Assembly (NCBI RefSeq): GCF_006345805.1 | Contig: NC_043006.1 | Span: forward strand, 89,590,001-89,654,000 | Direction of reading: 5' to 3' | DNA from: Octopus sinensis | Taxonomy: Eukaryota | Length of the DNA stretch: 64,000 nt | Part shown: one piece after another, positions 1-14,053 of the stretch | Position numbering within the stretch: position 1 is the first letter of the stretch | Layout of the letters: the number at the start of each line of letters is the position of its first letter | The notes under the pieces: generated by a model | What the model saw: the letters and a program-made list of their open reading frames with translations, nothing else | Told to the model about the DNA's origin: nothing | Databases searched by the model: none | Program-made: the position numbers and the translations under genes

Positions 1-105
1 CATATTGTCACCAAAACAGGTTCAATCCCCAGTCAGCTGCATCCACTCATCTCCTTCCAAGAAACTTACCAGTGACAAAGTGTATAATCAGATTTGAATG
101 AACAA

Positions 106-220
106 ATGAATGAATGAATGAATGAATGAATACATACATACATGCATGCATGCATGCATGCATACATACATACATACATACATACATACATACATACATA
201 CATACATACATACATACATT
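106..220. repeat. Compound (AATG)n/(CATG)n/(CATA)n microsatellite; 3' tail of the adjacent minus-strand RTE
   Basis: Tetranucleotide runs abut the LINE 3' end; the same compound tail occurs at 52120-52244. Confidence 0.9.
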
Positions 221-3200
221 ATGGCTGCCCCCTCGTTATCGAGTATGGCCATTGCACGAAGCTTAACTGTTACTGGTGCTGTGATCGAATGTGACTTTTT
301 AGCCCAGCTAAAGATCTACAATGTCTTGTACAAAATTGGCAACTAAAACCTTTACTGGTAATAGCCGGCTGTAGTTGTAACTGGGCTTCATGTACCTTTG
401 CATGTCGTTTAAGTCCTCCTGCCGAATTACACTCTCTTCCACATGCCCGACAGATATGATTAGTATGGTGTGTTACACCACCACCAGTGGCTAGGTTGTC
501 ACTCATCTGTCTCATTTTATGACTACAAAGATGACTCATGAGTCCAGCTTTACTGAGGCAAGGTCTTGCACAGACATTGCATGTCAGAATCAAAGGAAGA
601 CCCTTCCCTTCTGGAAGTGTAACAGCGATGCCCTTCCTGACATCCCTCCTTACTTTCTCATGTGCAACTCGAGATTTCTTAAACATGGCTGTCCCCTCAT
701 GCACAATCCTTCTCCACCTGCTACGATCAATAGCTATGCCTTCCCATGTGTCATGAGAGATGCAAGCATCTCTTAAGGAAGCCTTCAGCAAGTCCTTATA
801 CCTCTTTTTTGGTTTATGTGGAGGTCATTCTCCTTTAGCTAACTCTCCATAAAAGAGTTGTTTTGGCATCCTTGAATCCTTCATTCTGACCAGATGACCA
901 CTCCATCTGAGCCTTTGCTTTAACACAAGAGCTTCTATACTTTCACACCGAGAGCCTTCAAGTATTTCAAGATCACTGATGCGGTCCTTCCACTTAATGC
1001 TATAGATCCGTCTGAGGCACATCTGATGGAAACGTTCCAGATGTTTAAAGTGGTATTGATATGTGACCCACGTCTCGCAGGCATAGAGAAGAGAAGGGAG
1101 CACACATGCCTTGTACACCTTTATCTTTGTCTTTCTGCATATGTCTTGCCGACCCCAGAGGCGCTTTTCTAGCCTTCCGAAAGCAACACTTGCTTTCCTA
1201 ATTCTATATGGAACTTCATCATACACATTGCCATATCTATTAATAGTGCTTCCCAGGTAGACAAACTGATCGACTACATCAAGTCGTTTACCATTCACAT
1301 AATATTTGGTACACTATACTGCTTACCAGGGGCAGGTTGATGCAAGACAACAGTTTTCTTGAGATTGACTGTCAATCCTAAGGCAGTGCAAGCATCAGAG
1401 AATGTATTCAAAATGTGTTGCACATCAATCTCTGTGTGTGCTACTAGCTCACAATCATCAGCATACAAAAGGTCTCTTATGATAGAGGTAAATATCTTTG
1501 TTTTTGCAGCAAGGTGCCTGATATTAAATATGCTGCCAGAGGTTCGATAATGGACGTAAACACCATATCTGCAGTTTCTGAATGCAATACAGAACACCAT
1601 CGCGAAATATATGGAAAATAGGGTCGGTGCCAGAATATCCCCGTTTCACTCCATTTTGTATTGAAATGGGCTCCGACATCTTCCCTCTAACATTCACCCT
1701 ACCATTCATGTCTTCATGCAAAGACCTAACCAAAGCAAGGAACTTTTCAGGACACCCAAGTTTCTGGAGGACTTTCCACAATGCTTTTCTATTGATGGTA
1801 TCAAAGGCCTTTGTCAGATCGACAAACATCTGATACAAATCCAGACCCCGTTCCACACACTTTCCCTGAAGCTGTCTAGCTGAAAAGATCATATCAGCAG
1901 TGCCGCGTCCCACACGAAAGCCTGTATCTCGTCAGCCTTCTTACTCCACCACGTATCCCTCATCTGAGAGAGCTTTTGCCTCACACGTGATTTTACGTCC
2001 TTGAGTTCCCTATGCAACACTTCCCTTTCCTGTGACTTTGCTGACAAATAGCGTGACAAAGTACGTCTTTTATCAGCCAATAAATCATCTATATGTTCAT
2101 CATTTTCTTTGAACCAATCTTGATGCTTTCTTTGTATCAATCCCAGAACTTTTTTGCCTATATCATAAACTGACTTTTTAAGAGTCGGCCAATCCTCTCC
2201 AATATCTGCAGCATTCATTTCCTCTCGTAAAGTTCTCTTCACACTATTCAGTCTTTTAGGCAGGGTCATCCCTGCAGCTCGAATTTTATGTTTTGTGACT
2301 AATTTCACTTTTGCATGTACTAGGCGGTGGTCAGTCCAAAACTCAGCTCCATGAAGAACGCGAACACACTGCACATCCTGTCTGTCACACACCCTAACTG
2401 GGATGTAATCCAGAATATGCCATGGTATTGGTAACACACAGACTCAGCTCCTCACACATCTGCAGCAAAAGCATGCCATTACTATTACACTTCCCCACCC
2501 CATGCTTTCCAATTACAGTCCATGTGTTAAAATCCCTACCCACTCTAGCATTAAAGTCATCCAGTACAATGACTTTGTCTGCCCGAGGGATATTTCTTAT
2601 AATGCCCTTCAAAGCATGGTAGAAAGAAAGTTTTTTGTCGTCAGTATAACGCATAGTTGGAGCATACACACTCACCAAAGTCATATAATTTCCTTTAGCC
2701 AAAGGAATTCTCATGGACATAAGACGCTCGTTAATTCTGATCGGGAATTCTTCCAACTTGCTTTCCTAATTCTTGTAGTTGTCCACAAGAGTAGTCTTAA
2801 CAGCAAATGCCACTCCAGCTTCTCCTCTAAGCTCTTCATCTCTCCCTTTCCAAAAGAATGTATATTTTCCACAAGATTCTGTAAGATGACCATCTCCAAG
2901 TAATCTCGTCTCAGATAAAGCAACAATGTCAAGATCATAGCGTTGAAGCTCCTTCACAACAAGCGCAGTCCTTCTTTCAGGACATTCAGAGGACTTGCGG
3001 TCAAGCAGTGTCCATACATTCCAACAGCCAATATTCATTATTTTCTTTGGTTCTATCACAGTAGCATGATGAGGGCCGGGTTCAGATTGTGATGCTCTGG
3101 AGCCCCTGCCGGGCCAGACTCTTTCAGCCGATGTAGTTCCAGAGTCCTTACTGCCATTTATTTTTATACTGTTTTGGTACATCATTGATTTTTGCTTTTT

Positions 3201-3787
3201 AAGGCTACAGTCAGCCGTTCAGTTGAGACTCACAGCACTATCAACAGTCATGAATTAGTTAATCACTTTAATCAATCCAATGTAGTTATCATGCAATATC
3301 GGTGCGAAAAGATTTTTTTTAAAGTGAGGAAAGGCTGTGCACTGAGTCAATCCCACTCACTAAGCAACAGCAGCCATAATCCGAAAAGAAGAACAAGTAA
3401 CCACTGAGCCGCAGGTTTTATGTCGGAGTTATCCCAGTTACCTGAGTTACCTTTTCCTAGAAGGATGCCCTAACAAAGGCTAGGAGTCCTTCACTCCCAA
3501 TGGTTTAACCACGCGATCGGGTATTCAGTCTGATTATTTCTATGTCCCCGCGCATGATACAGCCTTAAGCCTTAAGAAGAAAAAAAAACACATTTATTGG
3601 ATGGCTGTTGACTCTCAAGAGATCCTCCGCCCTTTGATGGGTTTTGTTTTTCGTCCCGCAGGGTGTCCAATAAACACCCTCCTCACCAAGCAAGCTTGGT
3701 GGGGTTATCAGTTTAGTCGCCGACAACCCGACCATGCAACAGGTTGTACTGGGTTACATGTTACCAGTAGCACTCGAAAGTGATCTG
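221..3787 (-). mobile_element. Near full-length RTE-clade (BovB-like) LINE, frameshifted: 5' UTR, APE endonuclease, RT, C-terminal C2H2 fingers
   Basis: Minus ORF pieces: GCWNVWTLLD..YDLDIVALSETR and VSVYAPT..DFNARVG (APE); RGTADMIF, FVDLTKAFDT, LLYADD, FVYLGS, LRWSGHL (RT); CxxC..H..H fingers in ORF 270-791. Confidence 0.95.
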
Positions 3788-4122
3788 CCATACAAAAAAA
3801 TACAGTTAAATGTACAATCAAAAGATGTAAGGATACAATAGTTGGTGAAGAAGAAAGTATGATTTAAATTCGCTTTGTGTATATATTTGTGTGCAGTGCG
3901 GTGCGTACTGATATATAAAACTGTGTGTATGGGTTTTCTAGAAAAAACTGTGTGTATGATTTTTCTAGAATTCAGGATGTACTTACAGATATCTTTACGA
4001 AGTAGAATGGCGGGTTTTCGATCATGGTTGCTACACATGGTAACACAGATTTACAACAAGGAGACACAGTTATTTTCTTTTTGTAGAATCATTAAAGGTA
4101 CTCTTCTAATATCCAAGGAATG

Positions 4123-4162
<40 letters not shown>

Positions 4163-4650
4163 TACTTATCTAGTTTTTCCAAAGAGATGGGTATTTCCAA
4201 GGCAATGGAAGACTTTGAACTTCTTTTCAAGTTAAAGTGATACCATGTGTTGTATACGTCTGTGTATATATATATTTTCTGTTTTTCCCTTCTTTGTATT
4301 TCAGATGGTTTTTCTTTAAATATGTCTTGTTACGTTTTCATTCAAAAGTTATTCAGATAATGATTTTATTTTATTTTATTCTTTTGTTCCAATCAAAAAT
4401 CGCAGTTAATTTTTAAATTTCGTAAAATCCATTATTTGCAATGTTTATAATTACTACATTCGCAAAAGATTCTTCCTGTTTAATATATTTCACTTTATAC
4501 TTCCTCAAGTCAATACTCAGTCATTCAGAAAGACATTCAAGGCTTTTTTGAGTTTTATTTATAATAGCCTTCAAAGCTTTTCAGAAATTTCTTGGCGATT
4601 TTCTAGGAGCTTAAAAAAGCACATGTTGATCGGAGGCCGACTGGAAGTTT

Positions 4651-5622
4651 TATACATACATACATACATACATACATACATACATACATACATACATACA
4701 TCATACATACATACATACATACATACATACATACATACATACATAATACATACATACATACATACATACTACATACATACATACATACATACATACATAC
4801 ATACATACATACATACATACTACATACATACTACATACATACATACATACATACATACATACATACATACATACATACATACTACATACATACATACATA
4901 CTACATACATACATACATACATACATCATACATACATACATACATACATACATACATACATACATACATACATACATACATACATACATACATACATACA
5001 TACATACATACATACATACATACATACATACATACATACATACATACATACATACATACATACATACATACATAACATACATACATACATACATACATAC
5101 ATACATACATACATACATACATACATACATACATACATACATACATACATACATACATACATACATACATACATCATACATACATACATCATACATACAT
5201 ACATACATACATACATACATACATACATACATACATACATACATACATACATACATACATACATCATACATACATACATACATACTACATACATACATAC
5301 ATACATACATACATACATACATACATACATACATACATACATACATACATACATACATACATACATACATACATACATACATACATACATACATACATAC
5401 ATACATACTACATACATACATACATACATACATACATACATACATACATACATACATACATACATACATACATACATACATACATACATACATACATACA
5501 TACATACATACATACTACATACATACATACATACATACATACATACATACATACATACATACATACATACATACATACATACATACATACATACATACAT
5601 ACTACATACATACATACATACA

Positions 5623-5653
<31 letters not shown>

Positions 5654-5889
5654 CATACATACATACATACATACATACATCATACATACATACATCATAC
5701 ATACATACATACATACATACATACATACATACATACATACATACATACATACATACATACTACATACATACATACATACATACAACATACATACATACAT
5801 ACATACATACATACATACATACATACATACATACATACATACATACATACATACATACATACAGACAGACAGACAGACAGGCAGACAGA
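4651..5889. repeat. Very long (TACA)n microsatellite (~1.2 kb) ending in (CAGA)n
   Basis: Read directly; occasional single-base interruptions. Confidence 0.99.
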
Positions 5890-6042
5890 ATAACAATTAA
5901 AATCAAGATTTTTCACAGTTGCTATTCAAAGGCCAAAGACACAGTTTGCTTTCCAAAGCATTGCTGCTGTGAGTTGCCCTGCTTGATGCATTGATCCCTT
6001 TGTTTTCCTTATGTATGGATGAATGGAAGGATAAATTGGAAG

Positions 6043-6272
<230 letters not shown>

Positions 6273-7045
6273 GGAAATATTGGCATAAATGGCATCCAGC
6301 CAGATGACACGTGAATCTGTGTTCATCCATGGTGAAGTCTGATGACTCAGGATTCAACAGACCCTGAGAGCGACTGACATGACCACCCCTACAGGCATTT
6401 TGCTTGTGATTCAACCCATGTTTTCCTCAAGAATATCATCTTTTTTATTGTTGAAGACATACCACAATCCACTGTCTATCTGTATATCTATCTAGAAGGG
6501 GTCTTTACAGACAAGTCATGAGGTTGAAGGAGGAACATTTGGTGAAGAATTACTGAGTGACCCATGCAGCATGAGCCAGTGAAAGAAGGAGACCAAGAAA
6601 CACATGTGAAGCTGTTGTGAAGCCTGACTTTGCAAAAGTGATAACAGAAGACTAACACACGAGAAGATACGATGAATAGGAAGACCAAGGAAAATATGAG
6701 AAGAAATAGAGAAGGCTGATCTGAGAAAAAGGGTTTCAAGAAGGAGATGACTAAAGACTAACAGGTGGGAAGAAGATGCTATGCTGGAAAAGACTCTTAT
6801 AACACATGCAAAAATAGAGAAAACAGATATAAAATGATGATATCAAGAATACAATGCACTGGGTATGAGATATTTTGGTAGAGCCAATTTGGTGCTGCCT
6901 ACTTGGCATTGGTAATTCAACAATGACTTATTTGATATCAAGTATTTTAATATTTCTCACATTCCCTCCTTAACTCTCTCACCTTCACTTTCTCTCTCAC
7001 ATTCTTTCTATTTATATGTGTATATTTCTGAGAGCACACATGCAT

Positions 7046-7052
7046 ATGTGTG

Positions 7053-7085
<33 letters not shown>

Positions 7086-7086
7086 A

Positions 7087-7132
<46 letters not shown>

Positions 7133-7160
7133 CGTGTGTGTGCATGTGTGTGTGTGTGTA
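7046..7160. repeat. (TG)n microsatellite
   Basis: Read directly. Confidence 0.95.
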
Positions 7161-7265
7161 TGTGCCTCCCGTACCAAAACATTCTGCCATGAGAATAGGC
7201 TGGAAGTCCAGTTTTCAGCATCCCAACTGCTGTCCCTTGTAATTTTATTCTATACAGTGTAAGCA

Positions 7266-7421
7266 TAGGAGTGGCTGTGTGGTAAGTAGCTTGTTTACGA
7301 ACCACATGGTTCCGGGTTCAGTCCCACTGCATTGGGCACGTGTGTTCTACTATAGCCTCGAGTCAACCAAAGCCTTGTGAGTGGATTTGGTAGACGGAAA
7401 CTGAAAGAAGCCCGTCGTATG

Positions 7422-7476
<55 letters not shown>

Positions 7477-7687
7477 TGTGTGTGTGTGTGTGAGTCTGTG
7501 TTTGTCCCCTGACATCCCTTGACAACCAATGCTGGTGTGTTTACTTCCCCGTAACTTAGCGGTTCAGCAAAAGAGACTGATAGAATAAGTACTAGGCTTA
7601 CAAAGAATAAGTTCTGGGGTTGATTTGCTTGACTAAAGGTGGTGCTCCAGCATGGCCGCAATCAAATGACTGAAACAAGTAAAAGAG
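7266..7687 (+). mobile_element. tRNA-derived SINE, family A (head, central microsatellite, body ending GAAACAAGTAAAAGAG)
   Basis: A-box TGGCTGTGTGG and B-box-like GGTTCAGTCCC; homologous copies at 37.9, 42.5, 46, 55.2 and 59-60 kb. Confidence 0.88.
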
Positions 7688-8888
7688 TGAAGAGAGAGAG
7701 AGTGTGTGTGTGTTACATTATCCAATGCATGCGTGTGTGTGTGCATTTTTTAAAATAGGAAGTTGTCATTTGAGAGATTTGGCTGTTCTTTGAAATGTTG
7801 TTTCAAGTAGCATTAGAAAAAGCTGCCATTTAGAAGCTCCCTCATCGGCTCAATTGCATAAAGTTACTGTTAACTTACAAAGTAACGATGCCTTTTACTA
7901 TTTTTTGTTTGTTTTTAGTTCACTACAAATGATAAAATAGACTAGAAATATTTTAAATAAAATGTCAGATGAGACTAAAATTTAAGTAAACAAAATTATC
8001 GATTCTCATTTCCTCAACAATGAATGAAAAAAGTTTTCACTTTTTATATTGTGTAATATATAAAGAAAATGAAAAATAAAAATAGTGTTAAATACGTAAC
8101 AGTACAGATTTTTGATATAAACATACAAAAAAGAAAGGGAAACTACATAAAATATGTCTTGGAGAAAATCGGTAAATCAGTAAAATTTACCGATTTTTAT
8201 TTTGTAATTTCCAAAATAATTTACTTTGTAAAACTAGAAGAAAATATAAAAAAAGACTTTAAAAGAAAATGAAACTTCAAGATTAGATAGGATAAATGTT
8301 AGATCCATCACAATGTAATAGCATTACAAATATAAGAGTAAGTTGGTCTAACTCGTGGTTTCTGTTTTATTCAATGCCATTGTTTGACTGTAGCAGAAGA
8401 CAAACAATACTCTCTTCCAACCCATTGCTGCTTTGTGTGTGAAAATTTTAAACATAGCGGTTTCAATTCAGTCCCATTTTATGGCACCCTGAGCAAATGT
8501 CCTTTCCTTTAGCCTCTGGAGGTAGATGTGAAATTAAACAGAAGCCTGCCACGTATATATGTGTATGTTTGTGCATATGTATGTACTGACAATAAGGAAG
8601 CACAAGGAGACAGCAATCATCTGTGAAGGTGGAGCACTCCCCATGTGTACATGAGAATGTATGAATGCGTGCATGCACATGTGCGTAAGTGAATGTTGAT
8701 ATTCCACCTGATGTTATATGGTACCATCAGAGCAAAACAAAGACATCATACATAAATGTACATATGAATATATATATATATATATACTTTATGGTAGAGT
8801 AATAAAGCATATTACTCTACCACTGGTATTTGAGTACTCTTTTTTCCACCTTGTTTCACATTTATGTGTTTACTCCGGTGTATATATA

Positions 8889-8941
<53 letters not shown>

Positions 8942-9214
8942 CTCCTGTCATAACCTGGGACCTTGAAGACTGCTATAATTCAAGAAAGTATACTAGTCCC
9001 TTAATATTTTATATTCAGTATTTCATCTATTCAATAAGACAACCAATACTTCATTTCATCTCACTATATATATATACTATTTATACTATATATTCTATAT
9101 TTTACATTAATATTATAAATGTAAAAAAAACATAAAAAACAGAGTTGGAATTTCTTTGAACAATATATATCCCTCTATACACAATCATACAAACCCCTTT
9201 ATATATATATATAT

Positions 9215-9885
9215 CATCTCAACATCATTATCATAATTTACTGCCTGTTGTCCATGCTGGCATGGGTTGGACAGTTTCACTAGGGCTGGCAAGCTGGAAG
9301 GCTGCACCAGACTCCAGTCTGATTTGGCATGGTTTTCTATGGCTGGGTGCCCTTCATAATGCCAACCACTCCAAGAGTGTTTTTACATGTCACCACAGAG
9401 GTGCCATTTGCATGACACTGAGTTGTGTTTAGGTGGTGACACCAGCATGGGTGCCACTTTGCATGACACCAGTATGTGCTCGGCTTGATCTGTCTTCTTC
9501 TCAAGCATGACAAAATGCCAAAGGTCTTGGTCATTGTCTCTGTGAGGTTCAAAGTTCGAAGATCATGCTTCACCACCTTGTCCCATGTATTCTTGGGTCT
9601 ACCCATACCACAGGTTCCCTCCACAGTTAGAGATCAGTACTTATTTACACAGTTGTCCTTGTCCATATGCATCACATGACCATACCAGCACAGTCGTCTC
9701 CCTTTCACACCACATCTGATGCTTCTTATGCCTAACTTTTCTCTCAAAATGCTTACACTCTGTCAAACATGGACACTGACATTGTACATCCAGTGAAGCA
9801 TACTGGTTTCATTTCTTTCAAGCCTACGCACATCCTCAGCTGTCATAGCCAATGTTTCACTGCCATGCAGCATAGCTGTTTGCAC
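9215..9885 (-). mobile_element. 5'-truncated, diverged copy of the PHD-RTE family
   Basis: Encodes EGTCGMGRPKNTWDKVVKHDL; CCATGCTGGCATGG hairpin and (CAT)n tail. Confidence 0.85.
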
Positions 9886-9890
9886 GTGTG

Positions 9891-9936
<46 letters not shown>

Positions 9937-9940
<4 letters not shown>

Positions 9941-10235
9941 CTTGACTGACCAGGCTATCAGATCTTGCTACACATCGCTGTTCACAATGCGCTTTGCATT
10001 GTTTTAGCCTTCAAATGACGCCACCTCGCTGGCTAAGCGAGCAGGCCAACAGAAGAAAGAGTGAGAGAAAGTTGTGGCGAAAGAGTACAGTAGGGATCAC
10101 CATCGCCCCCTGCCGGAGCCTCGTGGAGCTTTAGGTGTTTTTGCTCAATAAACACTCACAACGTCCGGTCTGGGAATCAAAACCTGCATCCTATGACCGC
10201 GAGTCCGCTGCCCTAACCACTTGGCCATTGCACCT

Positions 10236-10237
<2 letters not shown>
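9937..10237 (-). mobile_element. tRNA-derived SINE, family B, inserted in (TA)n
   Basis: Reverse complement begins GGAGGTGCAATGGCCAAGTGGTTAGGGCAGCGGACTCGCGG; matches 21433-21719 and 63771-64000. Confidence 0.9.
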
Positions 10238-10290
<53 letters not shown>

Positions 10291-11784
10291 CTATATATGT
10301 GTGTGTGTAAATATGTGAAATAATAATAATTAAACAGAAAATAGGTATGATATTCAATGCATATAAGCCAGACATGCATGTATGGCCTACAAACTACTGA
10401 TTACCTGCTTCTGCTCATTATTATTTTTATTATTTGGTTCATATTCCATACACTAGCCTACTCCATGACTGATGCCCCATGTCGTACACTCAGGATACTG
10501 GACTGGAACCCACTATTAAGCCCAATTTTTGGCTGCATGTCACACTTTATTGTACTTCTTTATTTATGTATATATATATTTGTACGTATGTATATGTTAA
10601 GCGTATATGTGTATATATGTGTGTAAATATGTATGTAAGTGTATATGTGTATGTATGTGCATGTGTATATTGATATTCTGCATATTCTTGCATGGTATCA
10701 TTTTAACAAAAGAATGACATCACGTTCATATCCTCTTCAAATGGTATTTGTGACAAGCAGAAGAATAACAAAAATCCCTTACTTGAAAAACAAGTTGGAG
10801 ATGCAATGCTTACGTTTTAATATATAATCATTTGCTACATGCACTTGCCATCTTAGGAAGGACAGAAAGTAGAATCCCTACGAGTGATTGAATAACATTG
10901 AAAATGGTTGGTTTGATTCTGATCTCAAGCTGTCAAATAAGCCCACACCCTGTCTTGCGCTATAATGTAGCTGCCTGTCACTATCCCTCTTCCATAACTC
11001 CCTCCTCTTCTATCTAATTTCAAAGCAAAACCAAATACATACAGACATGATTTCATAGATTCATATACTCTTAGTTTCAGAGTTAACAACTCTGACACCA
11101 AACTCAAATTCCTTGTTCTATTTGGAAGATATAGCTAGAATGAATTTTTGCATATTTATTCTTGCTACAGACCAAAGACATGTCAAACTTTCACTAGTTT
11201 GCAGAAATTTATTAAAAACTATTTTGTATATTAAACAAACCACAGAGTGAAAATCTAATTAAATTGTAAAAAGAATAAATCTTTTATTAGTTAAATGAAA
11301 GTATCAGAAAAACAGATGAGAAAAGATCTAAAAGTGATCCAAAATACATGTTTGTAATTGTTGATAGTGAAATAATATTGGAAGGTCAAATGCATTATTT
11401 ATGTTCAAACAGCAGATATTTTAAATGAGCAACCTAACAACTGAAAGCATTTTCACAGTAGGAACCAGGTTTCAGATTGAAATCTATGTTTCTCTTAATA
11501 AGATAAATTAAAGAGAATGTGTACAGAATGAATATTGCAGTAGAGTCAGATTTATAACTTTAAATAATCTAAAACATTGGCAGCAATCATTTTTAAAATT
11601 GATGCTGCATTTGAAGAAAAGAAGACCAGAAGATGGTTATACCATTGTGTAGACTTCATCTCAATACTAAGTGACCATTGACACTTATTATTACTTGATG
11701 AGGTTAGCCATAACCTGTAATATATCTGAGAACTACCACAATACCAGCCTGTATAATTTTATCTCTATACACTCACATTATATA

Positions 11785-12243
11785 TCTACTACATATGTGG
11801 GAAATTCTGTCTGTAGGTGTGTCTGTTTGTGGAGTTGTTGGCTAACTCCTACACCGTTTTATCGATTTTGATGAAACTTGACACATGAGTAGAACTCATG
11901 TCTAGAAGCCTCAAGGCATACTCAGATTGTTGGAAGGGATCTTTATATATAATTAACATATTTTATCGTATCAACAAAGGGAAATAACCCATTCACCACT
12001 GGAAGAGATCCTTATATATAACTAATATATTTTATTTTAACAGCCAAGAGAAATAACCCATTCATTTTCCCTATATTATTTGGTATAAATCAAATTGAGT
12101 ATGCTTATTTCTTAGTATTTGAACTGTTAGAGTTATTTTTGCAATTTATCCAGTACAATACTTAAACAAGTAAATAGTATTTTCCTAAACAATGGACCCA
12201 CTTATTTTGATTAGTGACTTATTCACGAATATACCAATACTAG
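11785..12243 (+). mobile_element. Possible degenerate non-autonomous Helitron-like element
   Basis: A|TC start; shares TGATGAAACTTGACACA with 35692-36078; internal ~69-bp direct repeat; CTAG|T at 12240 but no clear terminal hairpin. Confidence 0.35.
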
Positions 12244-12694
12244 TGCTCCTGAGGGTTAATATTCTCCGGGAATGCACTTTGAATTGTTATTATCTCATAT
12301 CTGATTAAGCCTGTTATTACATAACATGCTTGACGATTTTAGTATACATACCTTATTGGTATTTCCTCCTAAGTTCTATATACACTGGGAACGCATTAAA
12401 GCCCTTTTCGGGGCTACTTTATTTAAATTCTTACTATCGGGTAACTAATTTCATGTTATTACATATCTGACTTCACAGTTTGGGTATTCATAATTTATTG
12501 GGAGTTCCTAAAAACCAGATCCTGTGTAAGACAGTTCAGTATTCTCTGTAAATGCACAAAAACCGTTTTAAGTACTACATACTTTGTATTGTTGTTATTG
12601 GATTAGCAAAACAATTATGAGAAAGGAACCAAGGGATAAGACCCCGCTTTTCCAGGAATTACTGGCTACATCAGCTAGTATATACATATTTAGT

Positions 12695-14027
12695 TTAGAG
12701 GTAGGCATTCATCAGGGTTCAATTCTCAGTCCCCCCACCATTCAACATCATCCTCCAGGCCATATGGTATTCAGGATGTGTTCCCCTGGGAACTGCTGTA
12801 TGCTGATGATCCTGCTCTTATAGCAGGTTCTGTAATAGAACTAGAAAAGAAATTCCAGATGTAGAATCATATGACCTTAAATTAACTTAGCAAAGACTAA
12901 AGTTCTAGTAAGCAAGAAAATGAACAGAACCTCCTTCTTCAGGTAAATGTCTTCTGCATGATATGTAGGAAAGGTGAAGGTAAGAATTCTATATGGTGTA
13001 CCCTGTGTGAGCTATGGACACACAAGAGGTGCAGTTGAATAATAGGAAAGTTATCAGAAAAAGTAGTGTTCATATGTGGAAGATGCACAAGAGCCAAAAC
13101 AACTACAGATACTTGAGAAATCAGTTTTCTCAGGTGCCCTGGCGGCTCTTTTGAGGTAGTGGGTAATTTCTGCTGCCTTAGGGGACCAATTTAGTAGTGT
13201 ATAGAGCAAGTAGTAGCTAGAATAAGAATAGGTGGAGAAAATTCAGAGAGCTTTTATATATCTGTTGGCAACCAAAGGTTTCTCCCTCCAATTATATGAT
13301 GCATGCATATGAACAGCAATTCTACATGATAGTGAGATGTGGGCCCTGAATGCAGAGGACATATGAAGGCTTAGAGAGGAATGAGGCTAGTACGCCCCAC
13401 TGGATGTGTAATGTTAGTGTGCTATTGTGACAGTGTTAGTGTGTTGAGAGAGAAGTTAGACATAAGAGGAATTAGATGCGATGTGCAAGAGAGAAGACTT
13501 CACTGGTTTGGTCATGTGATGTGGATGGATGCTGACAGCTCCATAAAGAAGTGCTGATCTTCAAAGTGGATGCAACTGATGGAAGATGGAGACCCAGAAG
13601 GGCATGGGATGATATACAGAAAGATAACTTGAGAACACCGACCCTTTTGGATGAGATGATAAAGGATTGGGATACCTGGTGCCTTGCTGTACTCAAGAAG
13701 GTCCATCCTCCACAGCAGAATTGTTAAAGCCTCATCCCCAGGTGAAGAGGACTAGCCTGCAAGGGTGCCATGTAAAATGTACTCAATGCCGGTGCCACAT
13801 AAGTGGCACTTGCATAAGTTCTACGTAAAAGTGCTTGTGTGTGTAACATGTTAAAAGCACCCAACACACACATTGTAAAGTGGGTGGCATTAGGAAGGAC
13901 ATCCAGCCATGAAAACCAAAGGGAATCAGACGGGAATTTGGTGCAGCTTCTCAACTTGCCAGCTCTGGTTTAAACTGTCCAATCCATGCCACCATGGAGA
14001 ACAGATGGTAAAAAATGATGATGATGA
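12695..14027 (+). mobile_element. Old, degraded copy of the PHD-RTE family
   Basis: VGIHQGS, YADD, PHD-region and RT thumb remnants; family 3' end with (GAT)n tail. Confidence 0.85.
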
Positions 14028-14053
14028 TGCATACACATGTGTGTGTATGTATG

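Noticed and set aside
3600-3790. HDV-like ribozyme at the RTE 5' end
   Set aside because: Partial resemblance (GGTAACATG, CTAA), but P1, P2 and L3 could not be assembled; kept only as a structured region.
4548-5916. Long YIHT/MYVC ORFs (and similar YI, HT, VC ORFs elsewhere)
   Set aside because: Translations of microsatellites that lack stop codons; not genes.
6338-6385. CTGATGA followed by a CTCAGG/CCTGAG hairpin
   Set aside because: No GAAA after the stem and no stem I or III; not a hammerhead.
8165-8198. 13-bp perfect inverted repeat resembling a terminator
   Set aside because: Eukaryotic AT-rich context; short palindromes are expected by chance.
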